Sequence record: NC_049387.1
Reading direction: 5' to 3' (one strand)
Source of the DNA: Peduovirus P24B2
Length of the DNA: 32,118 nt
Both the position numbers and the translations under genes were made by a program. Numbering within the stretch: the stretch's first letter is position 1; each line of letters starts with the position of its first letter. The notes below the pieces were generated by a model. That model was not told the origin of the DNA. It searched no databases and worked only from the letters and a program-made list of their open reading frames with translations. Positions 9,434 to 18,476 of the stretch are shown here, one piece after another.

Positions 9434-10069
9434 ATGAACACTCTCGCAAATATTCAGGAACTCGCGCGCGCACTGCGCAACATGATCCGCACCGGCATTA
9501 TCGTCGAAACCGACCTTAACGCCGGTCGCTGCCGTGTGCAGACCGGCGGCATGTGCACCGACTGGCTTCAGTGGCTGACCCATCGCGCAGGACGTTCGCA
9601 CACATGGTGGGCACCTTCCGTGGGGGAACAGGTGCTGATTCTGGCCGTGGGTGGTGAACTCGACACGGCGTTCGTTCTGCCGGGGATTTATTCCGGTGAT
9701 AACCCCGCGCCGTCTGCGTCGGCGGATGCCCTGCATATCCGTTTCCCTGACGGGGCGGTGATTGAGTATGAACCCGAAACCAGTGCACTCACGGTAAGCG
9801 GAATTAAAACGGCCAGCGTGACGGCTTCTGATTCTGTTACTGCCACCGTGCCGGTGGTCATGGTGAAAGCGTCAACCCGCATCACCCTGGACACACCGGA
9901 GGTGGTCTGCACCAACAGGCTGATTACCGGCACGCTGGAAGTGCAGAAGGGTGGAACGATGCACGGCAACATTGAACATACCGGTGGTGAACTCTCATCA
10001 AACGGTAAGGTACTGCATACCCATAAACACCCCGGCGACAGTGGCGGCACAACAGGGGGACCTCTATGA
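9434..10069 (+). CDS. V: baseplate spike/assembly protein V
   Basis: 211-aa ORF; P2 gpV size and position, followed by overlapping W. Confidence 0.88.
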   Translation: MNTLANIQELARALRNMIRTGIIVETDLNAGRCRVQTGGMCTDWLQWLTHRAGRSHTWWAPSVGEQVLILAVGGELDTAFVLPGIYSGDNPAPSASADALHIRFPDGAVIEYEPETSALTVSGIKTASVTASDSVTATVPVVMVKASTRITLDTPEVVCTNRLITGTLEVQKGGTMHGNIEHTGGELSSNGKVLHTHKHPGDSGGTTGGPL

Positions 10070-10413
10070 CTGCGCGTTATCTCGGAATGAATCGCAGTGA
10101 TGGCCTGACTGTCACTGACCTTGAGCATATCAGCCAGAGTATCGGCGATATCCTGCGCACACCGGTCGGCTCACGGGTGATGCGTCGTGATTACGGCTCG
10201 TTGCTGGCGTCAATGATTGACCAGCCGCAGACTCCGGCGCTTGAGTTGCAGATTAAGGTCGCCTGTTACATGGCAGTGCTGAAATGGGAACCCCGCGTCA
10301 CCCTGTCATCCGTCACCACGGCGCGCAGTTTTGACGGGCGAATGACGGTCACGTTAACCGGTCAGCACAACGACACCGGCCAGCCACTTTCGTTAACCAT
10401 CCCTGTGAGTTGA
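10066..10413 (+). CDS. W: baseplate wedge protein W
   Basis: 115-aa ORF; start overlaps the V stop; P2 gpW equivalent. Confidence 0.88.
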   Translation: MTARYLGMNRSDGLTVTDLEHISQSIGDILRTPVGSRVMRRDYGSLLASMIDQPQTPALELQIKVACYMAVLKWEPRVTLSSVTTARSFDGRMTVTLTGQHNDTGQPLSLTIPVS

Positions 10414-10417
10414 AACC

Positions 10418-11326
10418 ATGCCGATTATCGACCTGAACCAGCTACCCGCACCGGATGTGGTCGAGGAGCTGGACTTTGAAACCATTCTCGCCGAACGCAA
10501 GGCGACACTGATTTCCCTTTACCCGGAAGACCAGCAGGAGGCGGTCGCCCGTACCCTGACACTGGAATCCGAGCCTCTCGTCAAACTGCTGGAGGAAAAC
10601 GCTTATCGTGAGCTTATCTGGCGTCAGCGTGTGAATGAGGCCGCACGGGCGGTGATGCTGGCCTGTGCCGCCGGTAATGACCTTGATGTGATTGGTGCCA
10701 ATTACAACACCACACGCCTGATTATCACCCCGGCAGATGATTCGACCATCCCGCCGACACCGGCAGTGATGGAGTCTGACACCGATTATCGTCTGCGTAT
10801 TCAGCAGGCGTTTGAAGGTTTAAGCGTCGCCGGGTCGGTGGGGGCCTATCAGTATCATGGTCGCAGTGCTGACGGGCGTGTCGCGGATATCTCTGTCACC
10901 AGTCCGTCTCCGGCCTGCGTCACTATCTCCGTGCTGTCACGTGAAAATAACGGTGTCGCATCCGAAGACCTGCTGGCGGTGGTGCGTAACGCCCTGAATG
11001 GCGAGGACGTCAGACCGGTGGCCGACCGCGTGACCGTGCAGTCTGCCGCCATTGTTGAATACCAGATAAACGCCACGCTTTACCTTTACCCTGGTCCCGA
11101 AAGTGAACCCATCCGCGCGGCCGCCGTGAAAAAACTGGAAGCATACATCACGGCACAGCACCGGCTGGGGCGCGACATCCGTCTGTCTGCCATTTATGCC
11201 GCTTTGCATGTGGAAGGCGTGCAGCGTGTCGAACTGGCGGCACCACTGGCCGACATCGTGCTCAACAGTACGCAGGCGTCTTTCTGTACCGAATACCGCG
11301 TCGTGACCGGAGGCTCGGATGAGTGA
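10418..11326 (+). CDS. J: baseplate protein J
   Basis: 302-aa ORF; P2 gpJ size and order. Confidence 0.88.
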   Translation: MPIIDLNQLPAPDVVEELDFETILAERKATLISLYPEDQQEAVARTLTLESEPLVKLLEENAYRELIWRQRVNEAARAVMLACAAGNDLDVIGANYNTTRLIITPADDSTIPPTPAVMESDTDYRLRIQQAFEGLSVAGSVGAYQYHGRSADGRVADISVTSPSPACVTISVLSRENNGVASEDLLAVVRNALNGEDVRPVADRVTVQSAAIVEYQINATLYLYPGPESEPIRAAAVKKLEAYITAQHRLGRDIRLSAIYAALHVEGVQRVELAAPLADIVLNSTQASFCTEYRVVTGGSDE

Positions 11327-11849
11327 TTCGCGACTGCTGCCGACCGGCTCATCACCGCTTGAAGTTGCCGCCGCAAAAGCCTGTGCGGAAATTGAAAAAA
11401 CGCCGGTCAGGATTCGTGAACTGTGGAACCCGGATACCTGTCCGGCAAATCTGCTGCCGTGGCTGGCGTGGGCGTTTTCGGTCGACAGGTGGGATGAAAA
11501 GTGGCCGGAAGCGACAAAACGCGCCGTTATCCGCGATGCCTATTTCATCCACTGTCATAAAGGCACTATAGGTGCAATCCGGCGTGTGGTGGAGCCGCTC
11601 GGCTATCTCATTAATGTAAAGGAATGGTGGGAGACAAACGACCCGGCCGGAACCTTTCGCCTTGATATCGGTGTGCTGGAAAGCGGTATCACAGAGGAAA
11701 TGTATCTGGAAATGGAACGGCTGATTGCCGATGCCAAACCCGCAAGTCGCCACCTTATCGGTCTGAACATTATCCAGGACATTCCCGGCTGTCTGTATAC
11801 AGGCGGTGTGGTCTGTGATGGTGATGTTATTACTGTTTATCCCGGATAA
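11319..11849 (+). CDS. I: baseplate/tail protein I
   Basis: 176-aa ORF overlapping the J 3' end; P2 gpI equivalent. Confidence 0.88.
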   Translation: MSDSRLLPTGSSPLEVAAAKACAEIEKTPVRIRELWNPDTCPANLLPWLAWAFSVDRWDEKWPEATKRAVIRDAYFIHCHKGTIGAIRRVVEPLGYLINVKEWWETNDPAGTFRLDIGVLESGITEEMYLEMERLIADAKPASRHLIGLNIIQDIPGCLYTGGVVCDGDVITVYPG

Positions 11850-11859
11850 GTGAGAAACA

Positions 11860-14595
11860 ATGAGCACGAAATTTAAAACCGTTATCACTACTGCCGGAGC
11901 CGCAAAGCTGGCAGCCGCCACTGTCCCCGGCGGGAAAAAAGTAAACCTGTCTGCAATGGCCGTGGGTGATGGTAATGGCAAATTGCCGGTGCCGGATGCC
12001 GGTCAGACGAAACTGGTGCATGAGGTCTGGCGTCACGCTCTGAATAAAGTCAGCGTGGATAACAAGAATAAAAACTATATCGTGGCTGAACTGGTTGTAC
12101 CGCCCGAAGTGGGCGGCTTCTGGATGCGTGAGCTTGGTCTGTATGACGATGCCGGAACACTGATTGCGGTATCCAACATGGCAGAAAGCTATAAACCAGA
12201 ACTGGCTGAAGGCTCCGGACGTGCGCAGACCTGCCGCATGGTTATTATTCTCAGCAATGTGGCATCCGTTGAGCTGAGTATTGATGCCAGCACAGTGATG
12301 GCGACGCAGGATTACGTCGATGACAAAATCGCAGAGCATGAGCAGTCCCGCCGCCATCCTGACGCCACGCTGACAGAAAAAGGTTTTACTCAGTTAAGCA
12401 GTGCAACAAACAGCACCAGTGAAGAGCTGGCGGCAACGCCAAAAGCGGTCAAGGCAGCAAATGACAACGCAAATTCACGTCTGGCGAAAAATCAGAACGG
12501 TGCAGATATCCAGGATAAATCAGCTTTTCTGGACAATATTGGTGTTACCAGCCTGACGTTTATGAAAAACAACGGCGAAATGCCGGTTGATGCTGATCTC
12601 AATACATTTGGTCCAGTTAAGGCTTATGTGGGTGTCTGGTATAAATCCACATCCTCCAACGCAACACTGGAGAAAAATTTCCCTGAAGACGGTGCAGTCG
12701 GTGTTCTTGAGGTATTCAATGGCGGTAATTTTTCCGGAATGCAGCGTTATACCACCAGAACTGGCAATGTTTATATGCGTAATCTTTCTGGCACCTGGAA
12801 TGGCTCAGACGGTCCGTGGAGCTACTGGCGTCAGATTCAGTCTGCAACACGCCCCCTGAGCACAACTATTGACCTGAACACGCTAGGAGGCGCAGAGCAT
12901 CTTGGTTTATGGCGAAACAGTAGTGGCTCTATCGCTTCATTTGACCGCAACTATCCGGAAGAAGGAAGTTATGGTCAGGGATTCCTTGAAGTTCTTGAGG
13001 GTGGTGGGTACTCACGCACGCAACGCTATACGACCCGCCGTGGGAACGTATATGTTCGCTGCCTTTCTGCTACATGGAATGCACAGAACCCACAGTGGGA
13101 GCCGTGGTCAAGAGTAGGCCATCAGTCAGAATGTCGTTATTACGAAGGTGATTTGAATGATCTGACTTCGCCAGGCATTTACAGCGTTACAGGGAAGGCG
13201 TCAAACGGTCCAATGCAGGATACCGCTGGAGCGACACTGCTTGGAATACTGGAAGTAATCAGGCGTTTTGATGGTGTATCTGTCTGGCAGCGTTACACAA
13301 CCACAGGGAAATCAGAAACCACACAGGGGCGCACTTTTGAGCGCGTCTATGCCGGGAGCAAATGGACCGAATGGCGAGAAGTATATAACTCCTTTTCGTT
13401 GCCTCTGAATCTGGGCATCGGTGGCGCAGTGGCAAAACTATCCAGTCTGGACTGGCAGAGCTACGATTTTGTGCCGGGCAGTCTGATAGCCGTTAGGCTG
13501 GATAATATGACCAATATTCCCGACGGTATGGACTGGGGCGTCATTGATGGCAACCTGATAAACATCGCAGTTGGTCCGAGTGATGATTCCGGTACGGGGC
13601 GCTCAATGCATGTATGGCGCAGCACTGTAAGTAAAGCGAACTACCGATTTTTTATGGTGCGTATTTCAGGAAATCCGGGAAGCCGCACGATCACAGCAAG
13701 ACGAGTACCAATCATTGACGAAGCCCAGACATGGGGCGCGAAACAGACATTCAGTGCTGGCCTTTCTGGTGAACTGTCCGGCAATGCGGCGACAGCAACA
13801 AAGCTGAAAACAGCCCGTAAAATTAATAACGTTTCGTTTGATGGAACATCAGATATTAACCTGACGCCGAAAAATATTGGTGCATTTGCTTCAGGAAAAA
13901 CAGGAGACACCGTTGCGAATGATAAAGCCGTTGGGTGGAACTGGAGTAGCGGAGCCTATAACGCAACTACTGGTGGGGCATCAACGTTAATTCTTCATTT
14001 TAATATCGGTGAAGGAAGTTGTCCCGCCGCCCAGTTCCGCGTTAATTATAAGAACGGCGGTATTTTTTATCGTTCTGCTCGTGACGGTTACGGATTCGAG
14101 GCTGACTGGTCTGAGTTTTATACCACAACGCGAAAACCTACAGCGGGAGATGTCGGTGCACTGCCGTTATCTGGTGGTCAATTGAATGGTGCTCTGGGTA
14201 TAGGAACATCCAGTGCTCTTGGCGGTAATTCGATTGTTTTGGGTGATAATGACACGGGCTTTAAACAAAATGGTGATGGTAATCTGGATGTTTATGCTAA
14301 TAGCGTCCATATTATGCGCTTTGTCTCGGGAAGTATTCAAAGTAATAAAACCATAAATATTACGGGGCGTGTTAATCCCTCGGATTACGGTAACTTTGAT
14401 TCCCGCTATGTGAGAGATGTCAGACTTGGCACACGTGTTGTTCAGACCATGCAAAAAGGCGTGATGTATGAAAAATCAGGCCATGTAATCACGGGGCTTG
14501 GTATTGTCGGTGAAGTCGATGGTGATGACCCCGCAGTATTCAGACCAATACAAAAATACATCAATGGCACATGGTATAACGTTGCGCAGGTGTAA
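11860..14595 (+). CDS. H: tail fiber protein (mosaic, extended)
   Basis: 911-aa ORF, longer than the 669 aa I recall for P2 gpH; N-terminus is the virion-attachment region expected for P2 H; central and C-terminal parts are lower GC and contain three tandem repeats plus the motif ATATKLKTARKINNVSFDGTSDINLTPKNIGAF that I associate with conserved tail-fibre segments. Confidence 0.85.
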   Translation: MSTKFKTVITTAGAAKLAAATVPGGKKVNLSAMAVGDGNGKLPVPDAGQTKLVHEVWRHALNKVSVDNKNKNYIVAELVVPPEVGGFWMRELGLYDDAGTLIAVSNMAESYKPELAEGSGRAQTCRMVIILSNVASVELSIDASTVMATQDYVDDKIAEHEQSRRHPDATLTEKGFTQLSSATNSTSEELAATPKAVKAANDNANSRLAKNQNGADIQDKSAFLDNIGVTSLTFMKNNGEMPVDADLNTFGPVKAYVGVWYKSTSSNATLEKNFPEDGAVGVLEVFNGGNFSGMQRYTTRTGNVYMRNLSGTWNGSDGPWSYWRQIQSATRPLSTTIDLNTLGGAEHLGLWRNSSGSIASFDRNYPEEGSYGQGFLEVLEGGGYSRTQRYTTRRGNVYVRCLSATWNAQNPQWEPWSRVGHQSECRYYEGDLNDLTSPGIYSVTGKASNGPMQDTAGATLLGILEVIRRFDGVSVWQRYTTTGKSETTQGRTFERVYAGSKWTEWREVYNSFSLPLNLGIGGAVAKLSSLDWQSYDFVPGSLIAVRLDNMTNIPDGMDWGVIDGNLINIAVGPSDDSGTGRSMHVWRSTVSKANYRFFMVRISGNPGSRTITARRVPIIDEAQTWGAKQTFSAGLSGELSGNAATATKLKTARKINNVSFDGTSDINLTPKNIGAFASGKTGDTVANDKAVGWNWSSGAYNATTGGASTLILHFNIGEGSCPAAQFRVNYKNGGIFYRSARDGYGFEADWSEFYTTTRKPTAGDVGALPLSGGQLNGALGIGTSSALGGNSIVLGDNDTGFKQNGDGNLDVYANSVHIMRFVSGSIQSNKTINITGRVNPSDYGNFDSRYVRDVRLGTRVVQTMQKGVMYEKSGHVITGLGIVGEVDGDDPAVFRPIQKYINGTWYNVAQV
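12589..13390 (+). repeat. three tandem ~93-aa (~280-nt) protein repeats inside tail fiber H
   Basis: Repeat units start near 12589, 12865 and 13147; each has DLN(T/D)... then G-x-LEV... then QRYTT(R/T)... then W-x-x-W (compare GVLEVFNGGNFSGMQRYTTRTGNVYMRNLSGTW, GFLEVLEGGGYSRTQRYTTRRGNVYVRCLSATW, GILEVIRRFDGVSVWQRYTTTGKSE). Confidence 0.65.
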
Positions 14596-14598
14596 ATT

Positions 14599-15126
14599 AT
14601 GCAGCATTTAAAAAACATTAAGTCAGGTAATCCAAAAACAAAAGAACAATATCAGCTAACAAAGAATTTTGATGTTATCTGGTTATGGTCCGAAGACGGA
14701 AAAAACTGGTATGAGGAAGTAAGTAATTTTCAGCCAGACACAATAAAAATTGTTTACGACGAGAATAATATTATTGTCGCCATCACCAGAGATGCTTCAA
14801 CGCTTCATCCTGAAGGTTTTAGCGTTGTCGAGGTTCCTGATATTACCGCTAACCGACGTGCTGATGACTCAGGTAAATGGATGTTTAAGGATGGTGCCGT
14901 GATTAAGCGGATTTATACGGCAGACGAACAGCAGCAACTGGCAGAATCACAAAAGGCAACTTTACTTTCCGAAGCTGAATCCGTGATTTTGCCGCTGGAG
15001 CGCGCGGTCAGACTGAACATGGCAACAGATGAGGAGCGTAGCCGACTGGATGCATGGGAGCGTTACAGCGTTCTGGTCAGTCGTGTGGATCCTGCAAATC
15101 CTGAATGGCCGGAAATGCCGCAATAA
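14599..15126 (+). CDS. G: tail fiber assembly chaperone
   Basis: 175-aa ORF immediately downstream of H; position and size as P2 gpG; lower GC like the H distal part, consistent with co-transfer of fibre tip and its chaperone. Confidence 0.75.
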   Translation: MQHLKNIKSGNPKTKEQYQLTKNFDVIWLWSEDGKNWYEEVSNFQPDTIKIVYDENNIIVAITRDASTLHPEGFSVVEVPDITANRRADDSGKWMFKDGAVIKRIYTADEQQQLAESQKATLLSEAESVILPLERAVRLNMATDEERSRLDAWERYSVLVSRVDPANPEWPEMPQ

Positions 15127-15347
15127 GTTGTATGATCTCTGGAGTGAGCAAACGTATCTATGGCACAGAGTAAAGCCTAATCTGACAGGCCGCTCTGTGT
15201 CTGGAGTAGATTTTAGTAAAGCATTATTTTATTAGTGCAAATTCTAATCAATACATTTTATGTATATGATATCCTGCAGACTTTAATGACTTGGTTTAGG
15301 CTAACCAGATAACACTGAAGGAATATTTTTGATAATTAAGGTGCGGT

Positions 15348-15941
15348 ATGTTTACTAAGCGACGATTAAAAAATATTAACTGGGAGGCAAGTTCAGTGAT
15401 TCTTGCTATGGTTCTCTTTGTTGGAAATATATTTTATACAAATCATCGTGATGATATAAGCATGGAGGCTGAGAGGGACAGTATCAGAACAATGTTTGCA
15501 TATGAAATCGCTAATAACCATCGCGCTCTCACTTTTCTTGATAAAACGAGATATATTGGCTTTGACGAAAATTCGGAGCATTTTGTTGGCGAGCCTTTTG
15601 CCATTAATGTCAAATCATTAGGGGGGCCTCGCTTACAGATTGCATTAAACCAGAGTGATAAAGTGTTTAAATCCTACTTCAGCGAATTAAGTAAGCTTGA
15701 TAAAGAGGATGTTACTCTTCTTATGGACTATTACCATGAGCAAAGCATCCTGCTGGAGCGTGTAAAATCTACGTTACAGAAGATGAAAAGTGGTAATGAT
15801 ATTAAAGTTGATATTGATGGTTACTTATTAGAAGAACACTTCATGAATGAGCTTAATCTTTCTAATATTTTGCTTAAACGCTATAGCCATTTGTTGTCAC
15901 AACACGCCAAAGAACATAAAACAAAAGATTTACATAATTGA
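15348..15941 (+). CDS. hypothetical membrane-anchored protein (moron at the Z/fun position)
   Basis: 197-aa ORF with SD-like AAGGTG 5 nt upstream of ATG; single N-terminal hydrophobic helix (SSVILAMVLFVGNIFY); strongly AT-rich compared with the flanking G and FI genes; no catalytic motif recognised. Confidence 0.6.
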   Translation: MFTKRRLKNINWEASSVILAMVLFVGNIFYTNHRDDISMEAERDSIRTMFAYEIANNHRALTFLDKTRYIGFDENSEHFVGEPFAINVKSLGGPRLQIALNQSDKVFKSYFSELSKLDKEDVTLLMDYYHEQSILLERVKSTLQKMKSGNDIKVDIDGYLLEEHFMNELNLSNILLKRYSHLLSQHAKEHKTKDLHN

Positions 15942-16147
15942 TAATCTGCTAATGGTTATTCATGGGGTAACTATGTTTTATATGTAATCCAACTCAGATG
16001 AATTATTGATTCTGGATAATAACCGCAGAGCGGCATATACCCTGACAGGCAAATGTCCGCTTCTTGTTCAAAGCAGACCGTCAGATTTGATAACTTTTGG
16101 GCTATGTAAATTGTCAGTCGGAAAATGAGTGAGTTCAAATCAGGACA

Positions 16148-16174
16148 GGCGGGCGAATTGCCCGCCTTTTCTTT
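16148..16174 (+). terminator. rho-independent terminator upstream of FI
   Basis: Perfect stem ggcgggc(16148-16154)/gcccgcc(16160-16166) with 5-nt loop gaatt, followed by TTTTCTTT. Confidence 0.6.
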
Positions 16175-16270
16175 ATCTGTTGTTTCATCCACTGACCAGC
16201 CAGGTCAAATAGCGTCTCATGCTCTGCACAACAGAAAATAGTTGCACCCATTAACCACGGAGTTAAACGG

Positions 16271-17461
16271 ATGAGTGACTATCATCACGGCGTGCAGGTG
16301 CTGGAGATTAACGACGGCACCCGCGTCATTTCCACCGTATCCACCGCCATTGTTGGCATGGTCTGCACGGCCAGCGATGCGGATGCGGAAACCTTCCCCG
16401 TCAATAAACCGGTGCTGATCACCAATGTGCAGAGCGCGATTGCAAAGGCCGGTAAAAAAGGCACGCTGGCGGCATCGTTGCAGGCCATCGCTGACCAGTC
16501 AAAACCGGTCACCGTTGTCGTGCGCGTGGAAGACGGCACCGGCGACGACGAAGAAACGAAACTCGCGCAGACCGTTTCCAATATCATCGGCACCACTGAC
16601 GAAAACGGTCAGTACACCGGACTGAAAGCCCTGATGGGCGCAGAGTCGGTTACCGGCGTTAAACCGCGCATTCTCGGCGTACCGGGACTGGACACCAAAG
16701 AGGTGGCGGTTGCACTGGCATCGGTATGCCAGGAACTGAATGCCTTCGGGTATATCAGCGCATGGGGCTGTAAAACCATTTCCGAGGCAAAAGCCTACCG
16801 TCAGAATTTCAGTCAGCGTGAGCTGATGGTCATCTGGCCGGATTTCCTTGCATGGGATACGGTCACCAGTACCACCGCCACCGCGTATGCCACCGCCCGT
16901 GCGCTGGGGCTGCGTGCCAAAATCGACCAGGAGCAGGGCTGGCATAAAACGCTGTCCAACGTCGGGGTAAACGGTGTTACCGGCATCAGCGCATCTGTAT
17001 TCTGGGATTTGCAGAAGTCTGGCACTGATGCTGACCTGCTGAACGAGGCAGGCGTCACAACGCTGGTTCGCCGCGACGGTTTCCGTTTCTGGGGTAACCG
17101 TACCTGCTCCGATGACCCACTTTTCCTCTTTGAAAGCTACACACGTACCGCGCAGGTACTGGCCGACACGATGGCTGAGGCGCACATGTGGGCTATTGAT
17201 AAGCCCATCACCGCAACGCTGATTCGCGACATCATTGATGGCATCAATGCCAAATTCCGCGAACTGAAAAACAACGGTTATATCGTGGATGGCACATGCT
17301 GGTTCAGTGAAGAAGCCAACGATGCGGAAACCCTCAAGGCCGGAAAACTGTATATCGACTACGACTATACACCGGTGCCTCCTCTCGAAAACCTGACCCT
17401 ACGCCAGCGTATTACTTCAAGATACCTGGCAAGTCTGGTCACCTCGGTTAACAGCAATTAA
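16271..17461 (+). CDS. FI: tail sheath protein
   Basis: 396-aa ORF; P2 gpFI size and N-terminus MSDYHHGVQVLEINDGTRVI. Confidence 0.92.
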   Translation: MSDYHHGVQVLEINDGTRVISTVSTAIVGMVCTASDADAETFPVNKPVLITNVQSAIAKAGKKGTLAASLQAIADQSKPVTVVVRVEDGTGDDEETKLAQTVSNIIGTTDENGQYTGLKALMGAESVTGVKPRILGVPGLDTKEVAVALASVCQELNAFGYISAWGCKTISEAKAYRQNFSQRELMVIWPDFLAWDTVTSTTATAYATARALGLRAKIDQEQGWHKTLSNVGVNGVTGISASVFWDLQKSGTDADLLNEAGVTTLVRRDGFRFWGNRTCSDDPLFLFESYTRTAQVLADTMAEAHMWAIDKPITATLIRDIIDGINAKFRELKNNGYIVDGTCWFSEEANDAETLKAGKLYIDYDYTPVPPLENLTLRQRITSRYLASLVTSVNSN

Positions 17462-17473
17462 GGAGCCTGACCG

Positions 17474-17992
17474 ATGGCAATGCCGCGCAAACTCAAGTTA
17501 ATGAACGTCTTTCTGAACGGCTACAGCTATCAGGGCGTTGCAAAGTCCGTCACGCTGCCAAAACTGACCCGTAAGCTCGAAAACTATCGCGGTGCGGGGA
17601 TGAACGGCAGCGCACCGGTAGACCTCGGCCTTGATGACGATGCGCTGTCAATGGAGTGGTCGCTCGGTGGCTTCCCGGATTCGGTTATCTGGGAGCTTTA
17701 CGCCGCAACCGGTGTGGATGCCGTGCCGATTCGTTTTGCAGGCTCTTACCAGCGCGACGATACCGGCGAAACGGTGGCCGTCGAAGTGGTCATGCGTGGA
17801 CGTCAGAAAGAAATCGACACCGGCGAGGGTAAACAGGGAGAAGACACCGAGTCGAAAATCTCCGTGGTCTGCACCTATTTCCGGCTGACGATGGACGGTA
17901 AGGAGCTGGTCGAAATCGACACCATCAACATGATTGAGAAGGTGAACGGCGTCGACCGGCTGGAGCAACACCGCCGCAATATCGGCCTGTGA
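17474..17992 (+). CDS. FII: tail tube protein
   Basis: 172-aa ORF immediately after the sheath gene; P2 gpFII equivalent. Confidence 0.92.
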   Translation: MAMPRKLKLMNVFLNGYSYQGVAKSVTLPKLTRKLENYRGAGMNGSAPVDLGLDDDALSMEWSLGGFPDSVIWELYAATGVDAVPIRFAGSYQRDDTGETVAVEVVMRGRQKEIDTGEGKQGEDTESKISVVCTYFRLTMDGKELVEIDTINMIEKVNGVDRLEQHRRNIGL

Positions 17993-18048
17993 TTTTCATC
18001 CGGTCAGCCTGGCTGACCGGTTAACCCCGATTCAGAAGTGAGAAAACC

Positions 18049-18324
18049 ATGAACAAAGAAAATGTGATTACCCTGGACAATCCGGTCAAGCGTGGTGAGC
18101 AGGTTATCGAACAGGTCACGCTGATGAAACCTAATGCCGGGACGCTGCGCGGTGTCAGTCTGGCTGCGGTCGCAAACTCCGAAGTCGATGCACTGATTAA
18201 GGTGCTGCCGCGCATGACGGCACCGATGCTGACCGAGCAGGAGGTCGCCGCGCTGGAACTGCCTGACCTTGTGGCGCTGGCCGGTAAGGTGGTCGGTTTT
18301 TTGTCTCCGAACTCGGTGCAGTGA
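18049..18324 (+). CDS. E: tail assembly chaperone E
   Basis: 91-aa ORF between the tube and tape-measure genes; slippery T-TTT-TTG heptamer at 18297-18303 near its 3' end. Confidence 0.85.
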   Translation: MNKENVITLDNPVKRGEQVIEQVTLMKPNAGTLRGVSLAAVANSEVDALIKVLPRMTAPMLTEQEVAALELPDLVALAGKVVGFLSPNSVQ

Positions 18325-18476
18325 CGTTTCCGAAAAATCTGTCGGTCGATGACCTGATGGCAGATGTGGCAGTGATATTTCACTGGCCGCCATCAGAACT
18401 GTATCCCATGAGCCTGACCGAACTCATCACATGGCGCGAAAAGGCGCTCCGGCGAAGCGGAAACACGAATGAGTAA
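18049..18476 (+). CDS. E+E': tail assembly chaperone E+E' (programmed -1 frameshift product)
   Basis: -1 shift at the TTTTTTG heptamer (18297-18303) opens a frame reading ...VTFPKNLSVDDLMADVAVIFHWPPSELYPMSLTELITWREKALRRSGNTNE to a TAA at 18474-18476; total 142 aa, as I recall for P2 E+E'. Confidence 0.7.

Noticed and set aside
15971-16192. 73-aa minus-strand ORF between the moron and FI
   Set aside because: The plus-strand intrinsic terminator hairpin (16148-16166) lies inside it and I see no convincing RBS; more likely non-coding. Kept only as part of the low-interest UTR observation.
16499-17185. 228-aa minus-strand ORF inside the tail sheath gene FI
   Set aside because: Entirely antisense to a highly conserved structural gene; Gly/Arg/Ala-rich low-complexity translation.
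18004-18393. Two overlapping minus-strand ORFs (129 and 120 aa) across the E/E' region
   Set aside because: Both are antisense to the E gene and its frameshift extension, which are better supported by the slippery heptamer and conserved order.
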